Part shown: positions 48,206-58,346 of the stretch, one piece after another
How positions within the stretch are numbered: the first letter of the stretch is position 1
Layout: each line of letters opens with the position of its first letter
Origin: Candidatus Uhrbacteria bacterium
GTDB lineage: Bacteria > Patescibacteriota > Patescibacteriia > JACRJV01
Reading direction: 5' to 3'
DNA: 64,000 bases
Assembly: GCA_016215325.1 (NCBI GenBank)
Contig: JACRJV010000026.1
Span: 95,955-159,954, forward strand
Position numbers and translations under genes: made by a program
Notes under the pieces: generated by a model
Told to the model about the DNA's origin: nothing
Database searches by the model: none
What the model saw: the letters and a program-made list of their open reading frames with translations, nothing else

Positions 48206-50140
48206 TCAAGACCGCCCTGGGTACTCTTCACCGGCCTGTTCGCCCTCGGCCATGGTACTGCCCCCGGAAATCACGGCTTTAATGCGACGAATGCCAGCGC
48301 TCACCGCTTCCTCCTTGGTGATCTTGAGCGTCCCGACTTGGCTCGTATGCCGCACATGCGGCCCTCCGCAAATTTCGACAGAGTAATATTGCCCCAAGGC
48401 GCCCATCTTGTAGACTTTGACCGTTTCGCTGTAGCGCTCATCAAAAACGCCGGTCGCGTTCTCCGCCCTCGCCTGCTCTAATGGCATCACCTCATAATGC
48501 ACCGGTAAATCCTTCGACAGATGTTCGTTGGTCAACGTTTCGATTTCGGCAATCTGCTGGGTGGTTAACCTTTCGGGATAATTAAAGTCTAACCGCAGAC
48601 GCTCGGAAGTAATGTTACTCCCCCTTTGGTTCACATCGCGGCCCAACACGCGCTTCATGCTTTCGAGCAACATGTGATTGGCGGTATGGAGCCGTACGGT
48701 GTTCACGGCGTGGTCCGCAAGCCCGCCATGAAATTTTTGCCCTGCACCCGAGCGTGAACGCTCTTGGTGCTTTTTGAGCTCTTCGTCAAACGCCGCTCGA
48801 TCGATCATGATCCCCCGTTCAACGGCGAGCTCTTGGGTCATCTCCACGGGGAATCCATAACTTTGGTACAAATCAAACGTTTGTTGCGTGGGTAACGTTC
48901 CCCCCGCGCTCACTGCGCCGCTGGCTTGCTCAAACACTTTGAGGCCAACGGCAAGGGTCTTGCGGAATTTTTCTTCTTCCGCTTGCATAATCAGCGCCAC
49001 ATCATCTTTTTTTGTTGTAAGGTATGGCATCGATCGTGCATATTCTTCGATCACTGCTGCCGCAACATCAGCGCAGAATCCCGGCCGAAGATCAAGGACA
49101 TTGCCAAACCGGATCGCCCGGCGCATGAGTCGGCGCGTAAAATAGCCTTGATCTTTATTCGATGGCAATGCCCCATCGGCAATCAAAAATGTTGCCGCCC
49201 GAAGGTGATCCATAACGACACGGAATGCCTTTGTGTGCTCTGGATCCGCGCCATAGGATTTGCCGCTGGATTGTTCGAGGATTGTTTTTGACTTTGCAAA
49301 CAAATCAATCAAGAACATATCCGGGCTATCATTGAGTGCCGCAGCGATCCGTTCAAGCCCTCCGCCAAAATCAACGTTTTTTTGTGGGAGTTCTTTAAAC
49401 CCCTCTTGGACACGCTGGTATTGCATGAACACGCTGTTGCCGATTTCAAAAAACCGTCCGCAATCGCAATTGACATGGCAGGGGAGGGCCTTCCATGGCG
49501 ATTGCTCATGCAATTCCCGCTCCACTCCAAAATCCCAAAAGATTTCGGTGTCTGGTCCCCCGGGCTCCCCCACCGGCATATTAGCTGGTACCCCGGATCG
49601 GCTCCACCAATTCTTTTTTTCATCGTAGTAAAAGATCCGGCCGTCGCGCATACCCAGTGTTACTGCATCCGCATACGCAATCGCATCAATGCCAACCTGT
49701 GCATAGACTTCCTTCCAAAGCGCTACCGCTTCGTCATCGCGAGGGATCCCGATTTCTGCATTGCCGCCAAACACCGTACCATACAATCGTTTGGGATCAA
49801 GCCCGACCTCCGTAGTCAAAAATTCAAACACCCACGGGATCTGCTCTGCTTTAAAATAGCTGCCCAACGACCAATTACCCAACATTTCAAAAAAAGTCGT
49901 ATGGCGATTGTCGCCCACCTCATCCATATCAACAGCGCGGAAACAGCGTTGGGAATTTACCAACCGATTGCCTTCAGGGTGCTTTTCTCCTAGCAAAAAT
50001 GGGACCAACGGCTGCATGCCCGAACTTGTAAATAACGTCGTCGGATCGTTATCCGGCAACAACGGCGCCGAGGGCAGCACCGCATGGCCGCGAGCCTTAA
50101 AAAAATCAAGATATTTTTGGCGGAGTTCATGGGAAGTCAT
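48206..50140 (-). CDS. alaS: Alanine--tRNA ligase, short form lacking the C-terminal DHHA1 extension
   Basis: MTSHELRQKYLDFFKARGH…FTSSGMQPLVPFLLG…NRHTTFFEMLGNWSLG…; editing-domain HxxxH region present. Confidence 0.85.
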   Translation of the reverse strand: MTSHELRQKYLDFFKARGHAVLPSAPLLPDNDPTTLFTSSGMQPLVPFLLGEKHPEGNRLVNSQRCFRAVDMDEVGDNRHTTFFEMLGNWSLGSYFKAEQIPWVFEFLTTEVGLDPKRLYGTVFGGNAEIGIPRDDEAVALWKEVYAQVGIDAIAYADAVTLGMRDGRIFYYDEKKNWWSRSGVPANMPVGEPGGPDTEIFWDFGVERELHEQSPWKALPCHVNCDCGRFFEIGNSVFMQYQRVQEGFKELPQKNVDFGGGLERIAAALNDSPDMFLIDLFAKSKTILEQSSGKSYGADPEHTKAFRVVMDHLRAATFLIADGALPSNKDQGYFTRRLMRRAIRFGNVLDLRPGFCADVAAAVIEEYARSMPYLTTKKDDVALIMQAEEEKFRKTLAVGLKVFEQASGAVSAGGTLPTQQTFDLYQSYGFPVEMTQELAVERGIMIDRAAFDEELKKHQERSRSGAGQKFHGGLADHAVNTVRLHTANHMLLESMKRVLGRDVNQRGSNITSERLRLDFNYPERLTTQQIAEIETLTNEHLSKDLPVHYEVMPLEQARAENATGVFDERYSETVKVYKMGALGQYYSVEICGGPHVRHTSQVGTLKITKEEAVSAGIRRIKAVISGGSTMAEGEQAGEEYPGRS

Positions 50141-50494
50141 AAGCGATTACCATTGTACTCAAATTGTCGCATTGGAGCAAGAAAAAGTCACCGGAATCTT
50201 GAAAGCATGGGCCCAACGCAAGGGGGGGCGGAGCGCAGAGCATTGGCTTTACAAGGTGAACGCGCGAGCGACCGCAGTGTTGCAGCTCGCTTGTTCGATC
50301 CGGTGACTTGAGTGAATGTGGCGGCCGAAGAGGCGGTACTGGGATCAACCGTGGCGCTGCAGATTTACATAAGTATCACGCGGCGCCGCGAATGTGGCGG
50401 CGATCGTACCGCCTGCTCCGGCCATGATCGAGAAGACTTACACGTCTGAGGCTTTGTGTACCAGCAGCCGCAAACGCGTAAGTCCTCAATAGTG

Positions 50495-51685
50495 TTAACG
50501 TTCCACCATTTCAATAATCCCCCCTCCCAGCAGTTCAAGCCCTTCCGCAGTGTCCTGGTAGAATACCACGCTTTGGCCGGACGTCAAAGCCCGCTCCGGC
50601 TGATCGAACGTGCAGATGATCGTCTGCGCACTGGCCCCTGGAACTCCCGCCTCAGCGGGGCCCCGCCCTGGCGGTGACTGGCCCCTGGAACCTGAAACCA
50701 CGGCTGTCGCGCCCGGGTGCCGATACCGCGGCTTAGCAATCACCCGAATCGGCTCTGGTGGAGGTTGACCGCTCAACCAGTTCACTTTTGATAAAATAAC
50801 AGTCCGCGCAAAAAGCGTCTTATCTTCTGCACCGATCGAAACCACCAGAGTATTTGTTACATAATCTTTTTGTGCCACATAATACGGCCCGCCGCCGCCC
50901 AGCCCCAACCCCTCGCGCTGGCCAATCGTATAAAATGCGAGCCCGCGATGCCGGCCGATTTCCTCGCCCGTTGTGGTCACAACCACTCCTTCAGATTGCT
51001 GCCGGATTCGCGATTGTAAAAACTCTTGGACATTGTTTTTAATAAAACACACCTCTTGGCTTTCCTTTTTGAGCGCCACGGGCAACTCCATCTCTTGCGC
51101 CAATGTCCGCACCTGCGGCTTGGCGAACTCGCCAATCGGGAATAGGAGGCGCTTGAGCTTTTCTTGCGTCAAGGTATACAAAAAATACGACTGATCTTTG
51201 TGGGGGTCTTGGGCGACAAACAATCGTTGCCGAAATTGGGAATTGGGAATTGGGAATTGAAAATTTCGTACATAGTGCCCGGTGGCAAAATAAATACTCT
51301 CTTTCTCTGCTTCTGCCGCTTCAGAAAGGATCCTGTCAATCAGCTCAAACTTAATCGTTCGATTGCACTCCACGCAAGGGTTCGGGGTGAGCCCAGACTC
51401 ATATCCAACCAAAAATGGTTTCACCACGTTCTGACGAAATTGTTCTCGTAGATCCATCACCGTCAACGGGATGCCAAGGTGGTCGCACACGCGTTGGGCA
51501 TCATTCATGGCATCCAAATTGCAGCAATTGGTAAAATCCTTTCCACCCGGCACAAGGCCATCCACATCCCCCCAGTAGCGCATAAAAACTCCGCGTACCT
51601 CAAAACCGCGCTGCCCAAGCAGCGCGGCGGCGACCGAGGAATCAACTCCGCCGGACATCGCGACGTAGACTATTGTTCTATCCAC
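50495..51685 (-). CDS. mnmA: tRNA-specific 2-thiouridylase MnmA (carries an in-frame copy of the heptamer repeat)
   Basis: PP-loop VAMSGGVDSSVAA; …KDQSYFLYTL…; C-terminal GQSVVFYQD…GGGII. Confidence 0.85.
   Translation of the reverse strand: MDRTIVYVAMSGGVDSSVAAALLGQRGFEVRGVFMRYWGDVDGLVPGGKDFTNCCNLDAMNDAQRVCDHLGIPLTVMDLREQFRQNVVKPFLVGYESGLTPNPCVECNRTIKFELIDRILSEAAEAEKESIYFATGHYVRNFQFPIPNSQFRQRLFVAQDPHKDQSYFLYTLTQEKLKRLLFPIGEFAKPQVRTLAQEMELPVALKKESQEVCFIKNNVQEFLQSRIRQQSEGVVVTTTGEEIGRHRGLAFYTIGQREGLGLGGGGPYYVAQKDYVTNTLVVSIGAEDKTLFARTVILSKVNWLSGQPPPEPIRVIAKPRYRHPGATAVVSGSRGQSPPGRGPAEAGVPGASAQTIICTFDQPERALTSGQSVVFYQDTAEGLELLGGGIIEMVER
51231..51268. repeat. Intragenic copy of the (AATTGGG)n heptamer element, in-frame in mnmA (encodes NFQFPIPNSQFR)
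   Basis: cgaaattgggaattgggaattgggaattgaaaatttcg with palindromic ends cgaaatt/aatttcg. Confidence 0.65.
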
Positions 51686-51990
51686 AAATTTATTTTATAC
51701 CATCATCTCGTTTAATAATCCGATCAAGATTCGAAACAATCTCTTGGAGCCGTGCACGGAATTCTGGCAACATCGTGGGGCTCATGTGCTTGAAGATTGC
51801 ATCATAGTCTTCGCTTGCTGCCCCGCGCAGTCCCGACCAGAGCGTATTCAATGCATGAATAAACGGCGCGCTCTCAACAGGCTGGGAGAAATCGACGTTC
51901 TCAACTGCGTGCCCCCCCCGCTACAGGATTAATGGGCCGATTGGGATCAAACGGTTTTTCGCCTTCCATAGACGTTTTTTAATAGATACA

Positions 51991-53895
51991 TCATTGCCGC
52001 AACCGCATGCTCTGCCCAGGCTTCAGCACCGTGGGTTTCACAGGGACCGGTTTGGGCTCTGGGGCCCCGCGATCTGAGGCCCCAACAATGGGGGATGTAG
52101 CCGGGGCATCGGCTGGTGATGGTATTGCGCTTGGCCCACCGCTCGTTCTGGGTTGTTGTACTCGGCCGCGGAAATCTACCGGCTTCATCTGCATCGCCGC
52201 ATCCAGACTCATGGGGGCAGGCGTCTCTGCGCTTTTGGCAGACAGAGCAGGAGGTTTCTCTGCGACAACCACCACCGGCGCTGCTCTGCCGGAGCGTACC
52301 TCTTTGAGGCACTCTTTGCAATAAATCGGTTTGGAGGGGTCTGGAATAAAATTGAGCATGGTGTCGGTCCCGCAGCGGCTGCACTTGTATACGGCTGGGT
52401 TGTCCACCGGCGGCTTGGCGTTTTCGGGCGGCTTCTTTTTTTTGCGTTTTTTTGTTTGGAGTTCACCACTGCCTGCTCCGCTGCCCGGGATGGCTGCGGG
52501 GGCGGGGACAATCGTTTTTACGGGTTGCGCCGCAGGCGCTGCATCCATTCGGCGTACCACAACAGGGGCGCTGGAGGCAGCCGAACCCGTTGTGGTCGCA
52601 ATCCCTTCGCTCCATCGATTAATCTTATCCTCAACCACCTCTCTGCTCGTGCCATACCGTTCGCGAGAGACTGCGATCACTTTCGCGTTGTTGTTTTGCC
52701 GCTGCGAAAGCGGCGGCAAAATCGTTGCAGAAAATGGGTCCGAAGAGACTCCGTCAATCATGAGTTTCAAATATACGGAGTATTTAGCCAGATTCACAAG
52801 GTCTTCCTCCGTAAATCGGGGGGTAAACTCTGGCACCAATTTGAGCGCATCCGCCCCGCCCACCCGGAACGAAATAATCGTGCCCACGTTGCCGAACACC
52901 GCGGCTGCCACTTTCTCATCCAGCTGTTCAATATACTGGTGTGCGACAATAAGGCTCAAACGATATTTCCGCGCCTCGGACAAAATGTTAGAAAAACTTT
53001 CTGTCGCAAAATTCTGGAACTCATCCACGTATAAGTAAAAGTCTCGGCGGTCATCTTCGGGCGTGTCCACGCGCTCCATGGCGGCCAGTTGAATCTTGGT
53101 GATTAGCATCCCGCCCAAAAGCCTTGAATTATCCTCTCCAATGCGCCCTTTTGCCAGGTTCATCACAAAAATCTTCCCGCTGTCCATGATATCGCGCACG
53201 TTAATGGTCGAACGGACTTGGCCCACAATATTGCGGATCACCGCCGTCGACAGAAATTGTCCAACCTTATTTTGGATTGGCGCGATGGCTTCGGATGCGT
53301 AGCGGTCATTGTATTTCGCAAATTCATTCACCCAGAACGATTTGACCACCGGGTCGTTAATCTTGGCGATCACGCGTTTACGGAAGTTGGTGTCCGCCAA
53401 CATCCGGTTGATCCCCAGCAGCGTCGATCCCGGGTAATCCAAAAGCGCTAAGACAGTATTATTTAAGATGTATTCCATGCGCGCGCTCCACACATCCGGC
53501 CAGATTTTTTTGAACACGCCCATGAGTCCCGACGCGATCAAGTGTTTGTGCGTTTCATCCACGGTTTCGAGTATATTGAATGCAAGCGGATAATTCACAT
53601 CCGACGGATTCATATAGACCACGTCGTTGATCCGATGCGAGGGAATAAAATCAAGGATGCGCTCTGCAAAATCGCCATGCGGATCCACGATGCCCACCCC
53701 ATGTCCGGCCATGATGTCATTGAATAAGAGATTTTCGAGCAAATTGGTTTTGCCCATGCCGGTTTTCCCAATCACATACATATGCCGGCGTCGATCGTCG
53801 GTTTTAATGCCAAACCGACGCCGTTGGTTCCGAAAGTTCGTTTCGGCAAACACGGCGATTTCATCATTATGGTCGTGGTCGTATTCTATCGGCAC
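51991..53895 (-). CDS. VirD4/TraG-type (type IV coupling protein-like) P-loop ATPase with a C-terminal zinc ribbon
   Basis: Walker A IGKTGMGKTNLL; VDPHGDF; Walker B/DEF YLYVDEFQNF; ARKYRLSLIVAHQYIEQL; C-terminal CSRCG…CKEC. Confidence 0.55.
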   Translation of the reverse strand: MPIEYDHDHNDEIAVFAETNFRNQRRRFGIKTDDRRRHMYVIGKTGMGKTNLLENLLFNDIMAGHGVGIVDPHGDFAERILDFIPSHRINDVVYMNPSDVNYPLAFNILETVDETHKHLIASGLMGVFKKIWPDVWSARMEYILNNTVLALLDYPGSTLLGINRMLADTNFRKRVIAKINDPVVKSFWVNEFAKYNDRYASEAIAPIQNKVGQFLSTAVIRNIVGQVRSTINVRDIMDSGKIFVMNLAKGRIGEDNSRLLGGMLITKIQLAAMERVDTPEDDRRDFYLYVDEFQNFATESFSNILSEARKYRLSLIVAHQYIEQLDEKVAAAVFGNVGTIISFRVGGADALKLVPEFTPRFTEEDLVNLAKYSVYLKLMIDGVSSDPFSATILPPLSQRQNNNAKVIAVSRERYGTSREVVEDKINRWSEGIATTTGSAASSAPVVVRRMDAAPAAQPVKTIVPAPAAIPGSGAGSGELQTKKRKKKKPPENAKPPVDNPAVYKCSRCGTDTMLNFIPDPSKPIYCKECLKEVRSGRAAPVVVVAEKPPALSAKSAETPAPMSLDAAMQMKPVDFRGRVQQPRTSGGPSAIPSPADAPATSPIVGASDRGAPEPKPVPVKPTVLKPGQSMRLRQ

Positions 53896-53904
53896 AAAAT
53901 CGTA

Positions 53905-53975
53905 TGAATTCCCAATTCCTAATCTCTAATACCCAATGAAATGGCGGGTATTGGAAATTGGAAATTGGAAATTGG
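53905..53975. repeat. Palindrome of (CCCAATT/CTAAT)n and (ATTGGAA)x3 arms between the ATPase gene and its membrane partner
   Basis: gaattcccaattcctaatctctaatacccaatg … cgggtattggaaattggaaattggaaattt. Confidence 0.7.
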
Positions 53976-53979
53976 AAAT

Positions 53980-55401
53980 TTACGCTACCGGAAGGTCTCC
54001 CGGCACTCCATCTTGCTCGTGCGCTGGCTCTTGTGCCGGTGTACGGAAGGGGGCGTGTTTCACGCCGGTAGACTCGCGCGAAATCCGCGAACCGGCATAC
54101 CGCTCCGAGACCGGCAACGCAAATGGCGGCTCGGCCTGCTTGGTGAGGGCCTTACTAATCAGCGGCGCCTTTACCGTTGCCACTGGGAAGTGGTAGAGCG
54201 TTGCGAGCTCTTCGATGTTGAGCACTTTACCCTCACCTTCTCCAGCCTCATCCTCGCGCAAATGAAACGCATGCATAAGCTTTCGTTGTTTGCTCGCAAT
54301 CCGTTCCTTCACAAAATAATATTTTGCGGCCGTCGTCACCTTCCCGCTCGGGCTCAACCCATTCATGTGTTGGGTGCTAAACTGGCGCATGGCACCCAAA
54401 ATCGGTACCACCCCCCGCGCTTTGTTAAAGACTTCTTTTTTGGCGATATACACAAATCGCATTTTGGTAAAATACCCGATCTTCGCCATTTTGAGCTGCA
54501 CCCCCTCTAACACCGCGCGTTCGCCCGGCGTTAAATATTGCACTTTATTGGGAGCCTCGTCTCCCCCGCCATGCTCACCACCGCCTTCACCCGGTGGGAA
54601 TATAAACGAAAGCAAAAATTCAAAGAGCTTAACTGGGTACCCCAATAACGTTGTGATAAAGGGTGGCGCGTGCTCACGATGCGCCCCAATCATCTCGTCG
54701 ACGATGTGCTGGGCGTGCTCTTTCCACCCATCCCCGGTCGGCTGCACGACATACTGGAGCCAAATATGCTCATCAGGTCCCAGTTTGCTCATACTCTCGA
54801 GCATTCCCGCTAAGGGGTCTTTGAGCTCTTGGCTCATGGTGTGTTCAAATTCGGGATAGGTGCGCAACGGGTAAGCTTCGTGCTTCGTAAGAATAAATTC
54901 CGTGCCCCACATGTCCCACTCCGGGTTGGGGAATTTATGCGGGAAGTGATGCGTGTAGTCTTCCACTTCGATAATCTCGGCATCCGGATACTGCGAAAAA
55001 AATGCGGCTTCGATAAGATCACGGAATGCCGTGTTGGTCCATACAAAAAATCGAATATATCCGCCGCTGGAAACAATCTCAAAGCTAAACCGCTCTTGCG
55101 TTTTGCCCAGCCACCATTTTTCGTAGAAATCTGCTCCCGAAAGCGCGCCATGCACTTGAGCAAAAATTTGTTCGACAGCTTTGGGGCTTTGTTCATTCAG
55201 TTTCGGGATATTAATCGCCAATAGCAGGAATGAACGCTGATGTTCAAAGTGATGTCGGACGCGCTTGAGCCACACGAGCTGTGAAATTTTGATACCCCCC
55301 CAGACAACAATAATCCACCCGCCGTGGGTAATGATGTACCACAAGAGGGAAAAAAATGAGAGATTCGCGAAATTCGCAAAGAAATCAAGGTTCAATACCA
55401 T
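53980..55401 (-). CDS. Hypothetical membrane protein co-oriented with, and 5' of, the VirD4-like ATPase
   Basis: N-terminal TM pair (FFSLLWYIITHGGWIIVVWGGI…); large soluble domain with a Gly-rich acidic loop GEGGGEHGGGDE. Confidence 0.45.
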   Translation of the reverse strand: MVLNLDFFANFANLSFFSLLWYIITHGGWIIVVWGGIKISQLVWLKRVRHHFEHQRSFLLLAINIPKLNEQSPKAVEQIFAQVHGALSGADFYEKWWLGKTQERFSFEIVSSGGYIRFFVWTNTAFRDLIEAAFFSQYPDAEIIEVEDYTHHFPHKFPNPEWDMWGTEFILTKHEAYPLRTYPEFEHTMSQELKDPLAGMLESMSKLGPDEHIWLQYVVQPTGDGWKEHAQHIVDEMIGAHREHAPPFITTLLGYPVKLFEFLLSFIFPPGEGGGEHGGGDEAPNKVQYLTPGERAVLEGVQLKMAKIGYFTKMRFVYIAKKEVFNKARGVVPILGAMRQFSTQHMNGLSPSGKVTTAAKYYFVKERIASKQRKLMHAFHLREDEAGEGEGKVLNIEELATLYHFPVATVKAPLISKALTKQAEPPFALPVSERYAGSRISRESTGVKHAPFRTPAQEPAHEQDGVPGDLPVA

Positions 55402-55521
55402 ACATGACGAGAATGTCTATGGAATATCGGTGGTCGAGGCCCGCATTGGTTGGTAGGTCTCGTCAGCTGGCCGGCTCCCGATGACCGTTTGACAATACGG
55501 GCATCGAGATCCGATAACCCA

Positions 55522-56658
55522 TTATCCCTGCGCTTTTACCGTTTGGGCGAGTTGATACCGACCGTCAGCCGTTCGATCAAAACGGGAACGATCGGTCAGC
55601 GCAAGCACAATCGTACTCTTGCGCACCATGCGCCGTTTGAGGACCTCTTGGATGATTGTATCGCGATGGAGGGGTGCGGGGGAAGTGGAAAGAATCTCTG
55701 CGATCACATCCGAAACAACCCCGGGGGTATACCCCCATTCGGCCAAGGCATAAATGCCCCGCCCCACAAGGATATACTTCTTATCGAGGATCAGTTCATT
55801 ATGGACGGTCGATGGGTACGCCGTCTTTTGGTCAAATCCGGTTTCGTTAATGCGTTGGGTAATGTCATTAAAGTGCAACGGTTTCCCCTCTTTCTTGAGA
55901 ATCAAATAAATCTTGTCATTCACGCGTCGCGGTGCAATCACATTCCAATGATGCAGACCCCACTGGCCTAAGACATTCTTGCGGATCCGTTTTGAAAGTC
56001 GAATATGCGATCGGATGACGGATTCCGAATGGTCCGGATGCCGATCAGACAGTGACCGGAAAAAAATCGGCTCATCCATCGGTGCGGCATGTGCTTCCAA
56101 CACCGCTATGGCAGAAGTAACTGTCTTAAGCCATCCCTCGATATCAAAAAAATGGAGTTTCCAACCCTCATGCCGATCTTTGGTTTCAGCCAACGCGTCA
56201 ATCCGATCACCCAGTAAATGCTCAAGGACAAATTCCAACGCTTGTCGTACCCCGCTATCCGGTGATGACGTATCGCTATGTTCGCAAATGACTTCCCACA
56301 ACTGTTGTCGGTTGATAATCCCCCCATGGCCTTCAATTAAATGGACGGTGCTCGTAATCATGGGGTCGACGACATCGCGCACAGAAGCGTCGCGGACGAG
56401 TTCTTTGAGCCGCGCCAGCGCGCTGGACTCGATTTGGCGGACGCGTTCACGGGTGATCGCAAATTGCGACCCAATATCCTTGAGAGTGAGTTGTTGTTGG
56501 CCATATAAGCCAAATCGGCGGGTCAAGATGTCCCGCTCGCGGCTCGTGAGGCGCGAAAATAGCGCATCCAACATCTCCGGGATCTGGAGATGCGATGCTC
56601 TCTCGTTTACTTGCGCTTCCATGACCTTATCGAGAATCGAATGGTCCATAAGAACCAA
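55522..56658 (-). CDS. DNA-binding protein with a sigma-70 region-4-type HTH at the N-terminus and about 290 aa of unknown C-terminal domain
   Basis: LTSRERDILTRRFGLYGQQQLTLKDIGSQFAITRERVRQIESSALARLKEL. Confidence 0.5.
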   Translation of the reverse strand: MVLMDHSILDKVMEAQVNERASHLQIPEMLDALFSRLTSRERDILTRRFGLYGQQQLTLKDIGSQFAITRERVRQIESSALARLKELVRDASVRDVVDPMITSTVHLIEGHGGIINRQQLWEVICEHSDTSSPDSGVRQALEFVLEHLLGDRIDALAETKDRHEGWKLHFFDIEGWLKTVTSAIAVLEAHAAPMDEPIFFRSLSDRHPDHSESVIRSHIRLSKRIRKNVLGQWGLHHWNVIAPRRVNDKIYLILKKEGKPLHFNDITQRINETGFDQKTAYPSTVHNELILDKKYILVGRGIYALAEWGYTPGVVSDVIAEILSTSPAPLHRDTIIQEVLKRRMVRKSTIVLALTDRSRFDRTADGRYQLAQTVKAQG

Positions 56659-56760
56659 CTATCAGCAGGGTCAAATAAAATTGCTTAAAATATGCCAAAA
56701 AATTCTGCTTTTTTTGATATAAACATAATATAGCACAAAATTAACATTCTGTCAAGAATT

Positions 56761-57930
56761 TTGCTTTTCTCCCTACTTTGTGGTATATCTACGACAATTC
56801 ATGATGTCATCCGGTCCACTATGGTACTTTCAAAAGAAATACAACAAGCATGGTTCAAATTATCACTCTTCCCCCACTTTGGACCGGCGCGCCTCATGCG
56901 GATTTACTCGCGATGCCCAGATCCGCAATTATTATTCGGCCCAGAAGCACGCCCTGTCCTCGAGCAAGCGCATATTGAAAACGCGCTCATCGAACAATTT
57001 TTAAGTATCCAACACGACCCGTCATGGCAAGCGCGATGGCGCACCATTGAGGATGAACACATCAGCATCACGGTGTTTGGCAGCGCAACATACCCGCCGC
57101 TGCTATCGACCATTGCTCATCCGCCGGTCGTTCTGTTCCATCGCGGGCCACTGGAGCAGCCGTGGCAGAACATGATCGCAGTGGTCGGCACTCGCTCGCT
57201 CTCGCCCTATGGCCGCGCAATCACCCCACTGCTCGTTGGGCAAATCGCGACGCGCGGCGTCGGTGTTGTCAGCGGGCTTGCCTTTGGCATTGACGCGCTT
57301 TCCCATCAAGCCGCATTGGAGGCCAATGGCCCAACGGTGGCGGTCATCGCTAGCGGCGTTGATCGAGCTTCGATCTTTCCCTCGGCGCACTCAATGCTTG
57401 CCGAGCGCATTGTGGATTGCGGGGGGTGCGTCATGAGTGAATTTCCTCCCGGTACCATGCCGCTCAAACACTATTTTCCTATGCGCAATCGCATTATTGC
57501 CGGGCTTGTCCGCGCAACGCTGGTCATTGAGGCGGATACGCAGTCTGGGGCGCTCATTACTGCGCGGTCTGCTTTAGAGGAAAACCGCGATGTTTTTGCC
57601 GTACCGGGCCCCATCACGACACAAACGTCTGCCGGCACCAATGCCCTTATCCGATTGGGCGCCCACTGCGTTACCAATGCAAATGATTTGCTGGACGATC
57701 TGGAACTTTCCACAGTAAGAACAGCGATTGTTCCTCGGCGGCCGCAATACGCCGATATCAACACGCAAGAACGCTCCCTCCTTGATCATCTCACCGCCGA
57801 ACCCATGGAGATAGATACGATCATTCGTGCGTCTGGACTGCCCGCTACCGACGTGTTGAGTACGTTATCGTTAATGGAATTGAAGGGTTGGGTGCGCTCC
57901 GTAGGGCCGTCGTTGTTCGTAAAAGTGTAA
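56761..57930 (+). CDS. dprA: DNA-processing protein DprA (Smf)
   Basis: …[14 protein letters not shown]…[33 protein letters not shown]…[11 protein letters not shown]…. Confidence 0.85.
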   Translation: MLFSLLCGISTTIHDVIRSTMVLSKEIQQAWFKLSLFPHFGPARLMRIYSRCPDPQLLFGPEARPVLEQAHIENALIEQFLSIQHDPSWQARWRTIEDEHISITVFGSATYPPLLSTIAHPPVVLFHRGPLEQPWQNMIAVVGTRSLSPYGRAITPLLVGQIATRGVGVVSGLAFGIDALSHQAALEANGPTVAVIASGVDRASIFPSAHSMLAERIVDCGGCVMSEFPPGTMPLKHYFPMRNRIIAGLVRATLVIEADTQSGALITARSALEENRDVFAVPGPITTQTSAGTNALIRLGAHCVTNANDLLDDLELSTVRTAIVPRRPQYADINTQERSLLDHLTAEPMEIDTIIRASGLPATDVLSTLSLMELKGWVRSVGPSLFVKV

Positions 57931-57989
57931 CAGATATTCGACATGCGCATCGATGGTGTGTTAGACTATCGCCAATGCATTGCAAAATT

Positions 57990-58346
57990 ATGCCTCCATC
58001 AAAAAAAATAAAAACCCTGGTGATTGTAGAGTCGCCCACCAAAGCAAAGACCATCGCAAAGATGCTTGGCCGCGAATTTAGCGTAAAATCATCATTTGGT
58101 CACATCCGCGATCTGCCAAAAAGTAACATGGGGATCGACCTTGCCCACGACTTCGATCCCCAATATGTGATCCCGAAAGAAAAGCAGCAGCATGTCACAG
58201 AATTAAAGGCCGGCGCGAAAGCCGCTGGGCGTATCATCCTTGCGACGGATGAAGACCGCGAAGGAGAAGCAATCGCATGGCACCTTGCCCAAGCCCTTGG
58301 CTTGGAGAGCGCAAAAGGCAAAGCGCAAAACCCGTTGATCGGATAG
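57990..58346 (+). CDS. topA: DNA topoisomerase I, N-terminal TOPRIM fragment; ends at a frameshift
   Basis: …[18 protein letters not shown]…GHIRDLP…[15 protein letters not shown]…, terminating just before the conserved RIVFHEITK. Confidence 0.7.
   Translation: MPPSKKIKTLVIVESPTKAKTIAKMLGREFSVKSSFGHIRDLPKSNMGIDLAHDFDPQYVIPKEKQQHVTELKAGAKAAGRIILATDEDREGEAIAWHLAQALGLESAKGKAQNPLIG

Noticed and set aside
51947-52384. 145-aa ORF on the same strand as, and inside, the T4CP-like gene
   Set aside because: It is an out-of-frame overlap with a gene that carries clear ATPase motifs.
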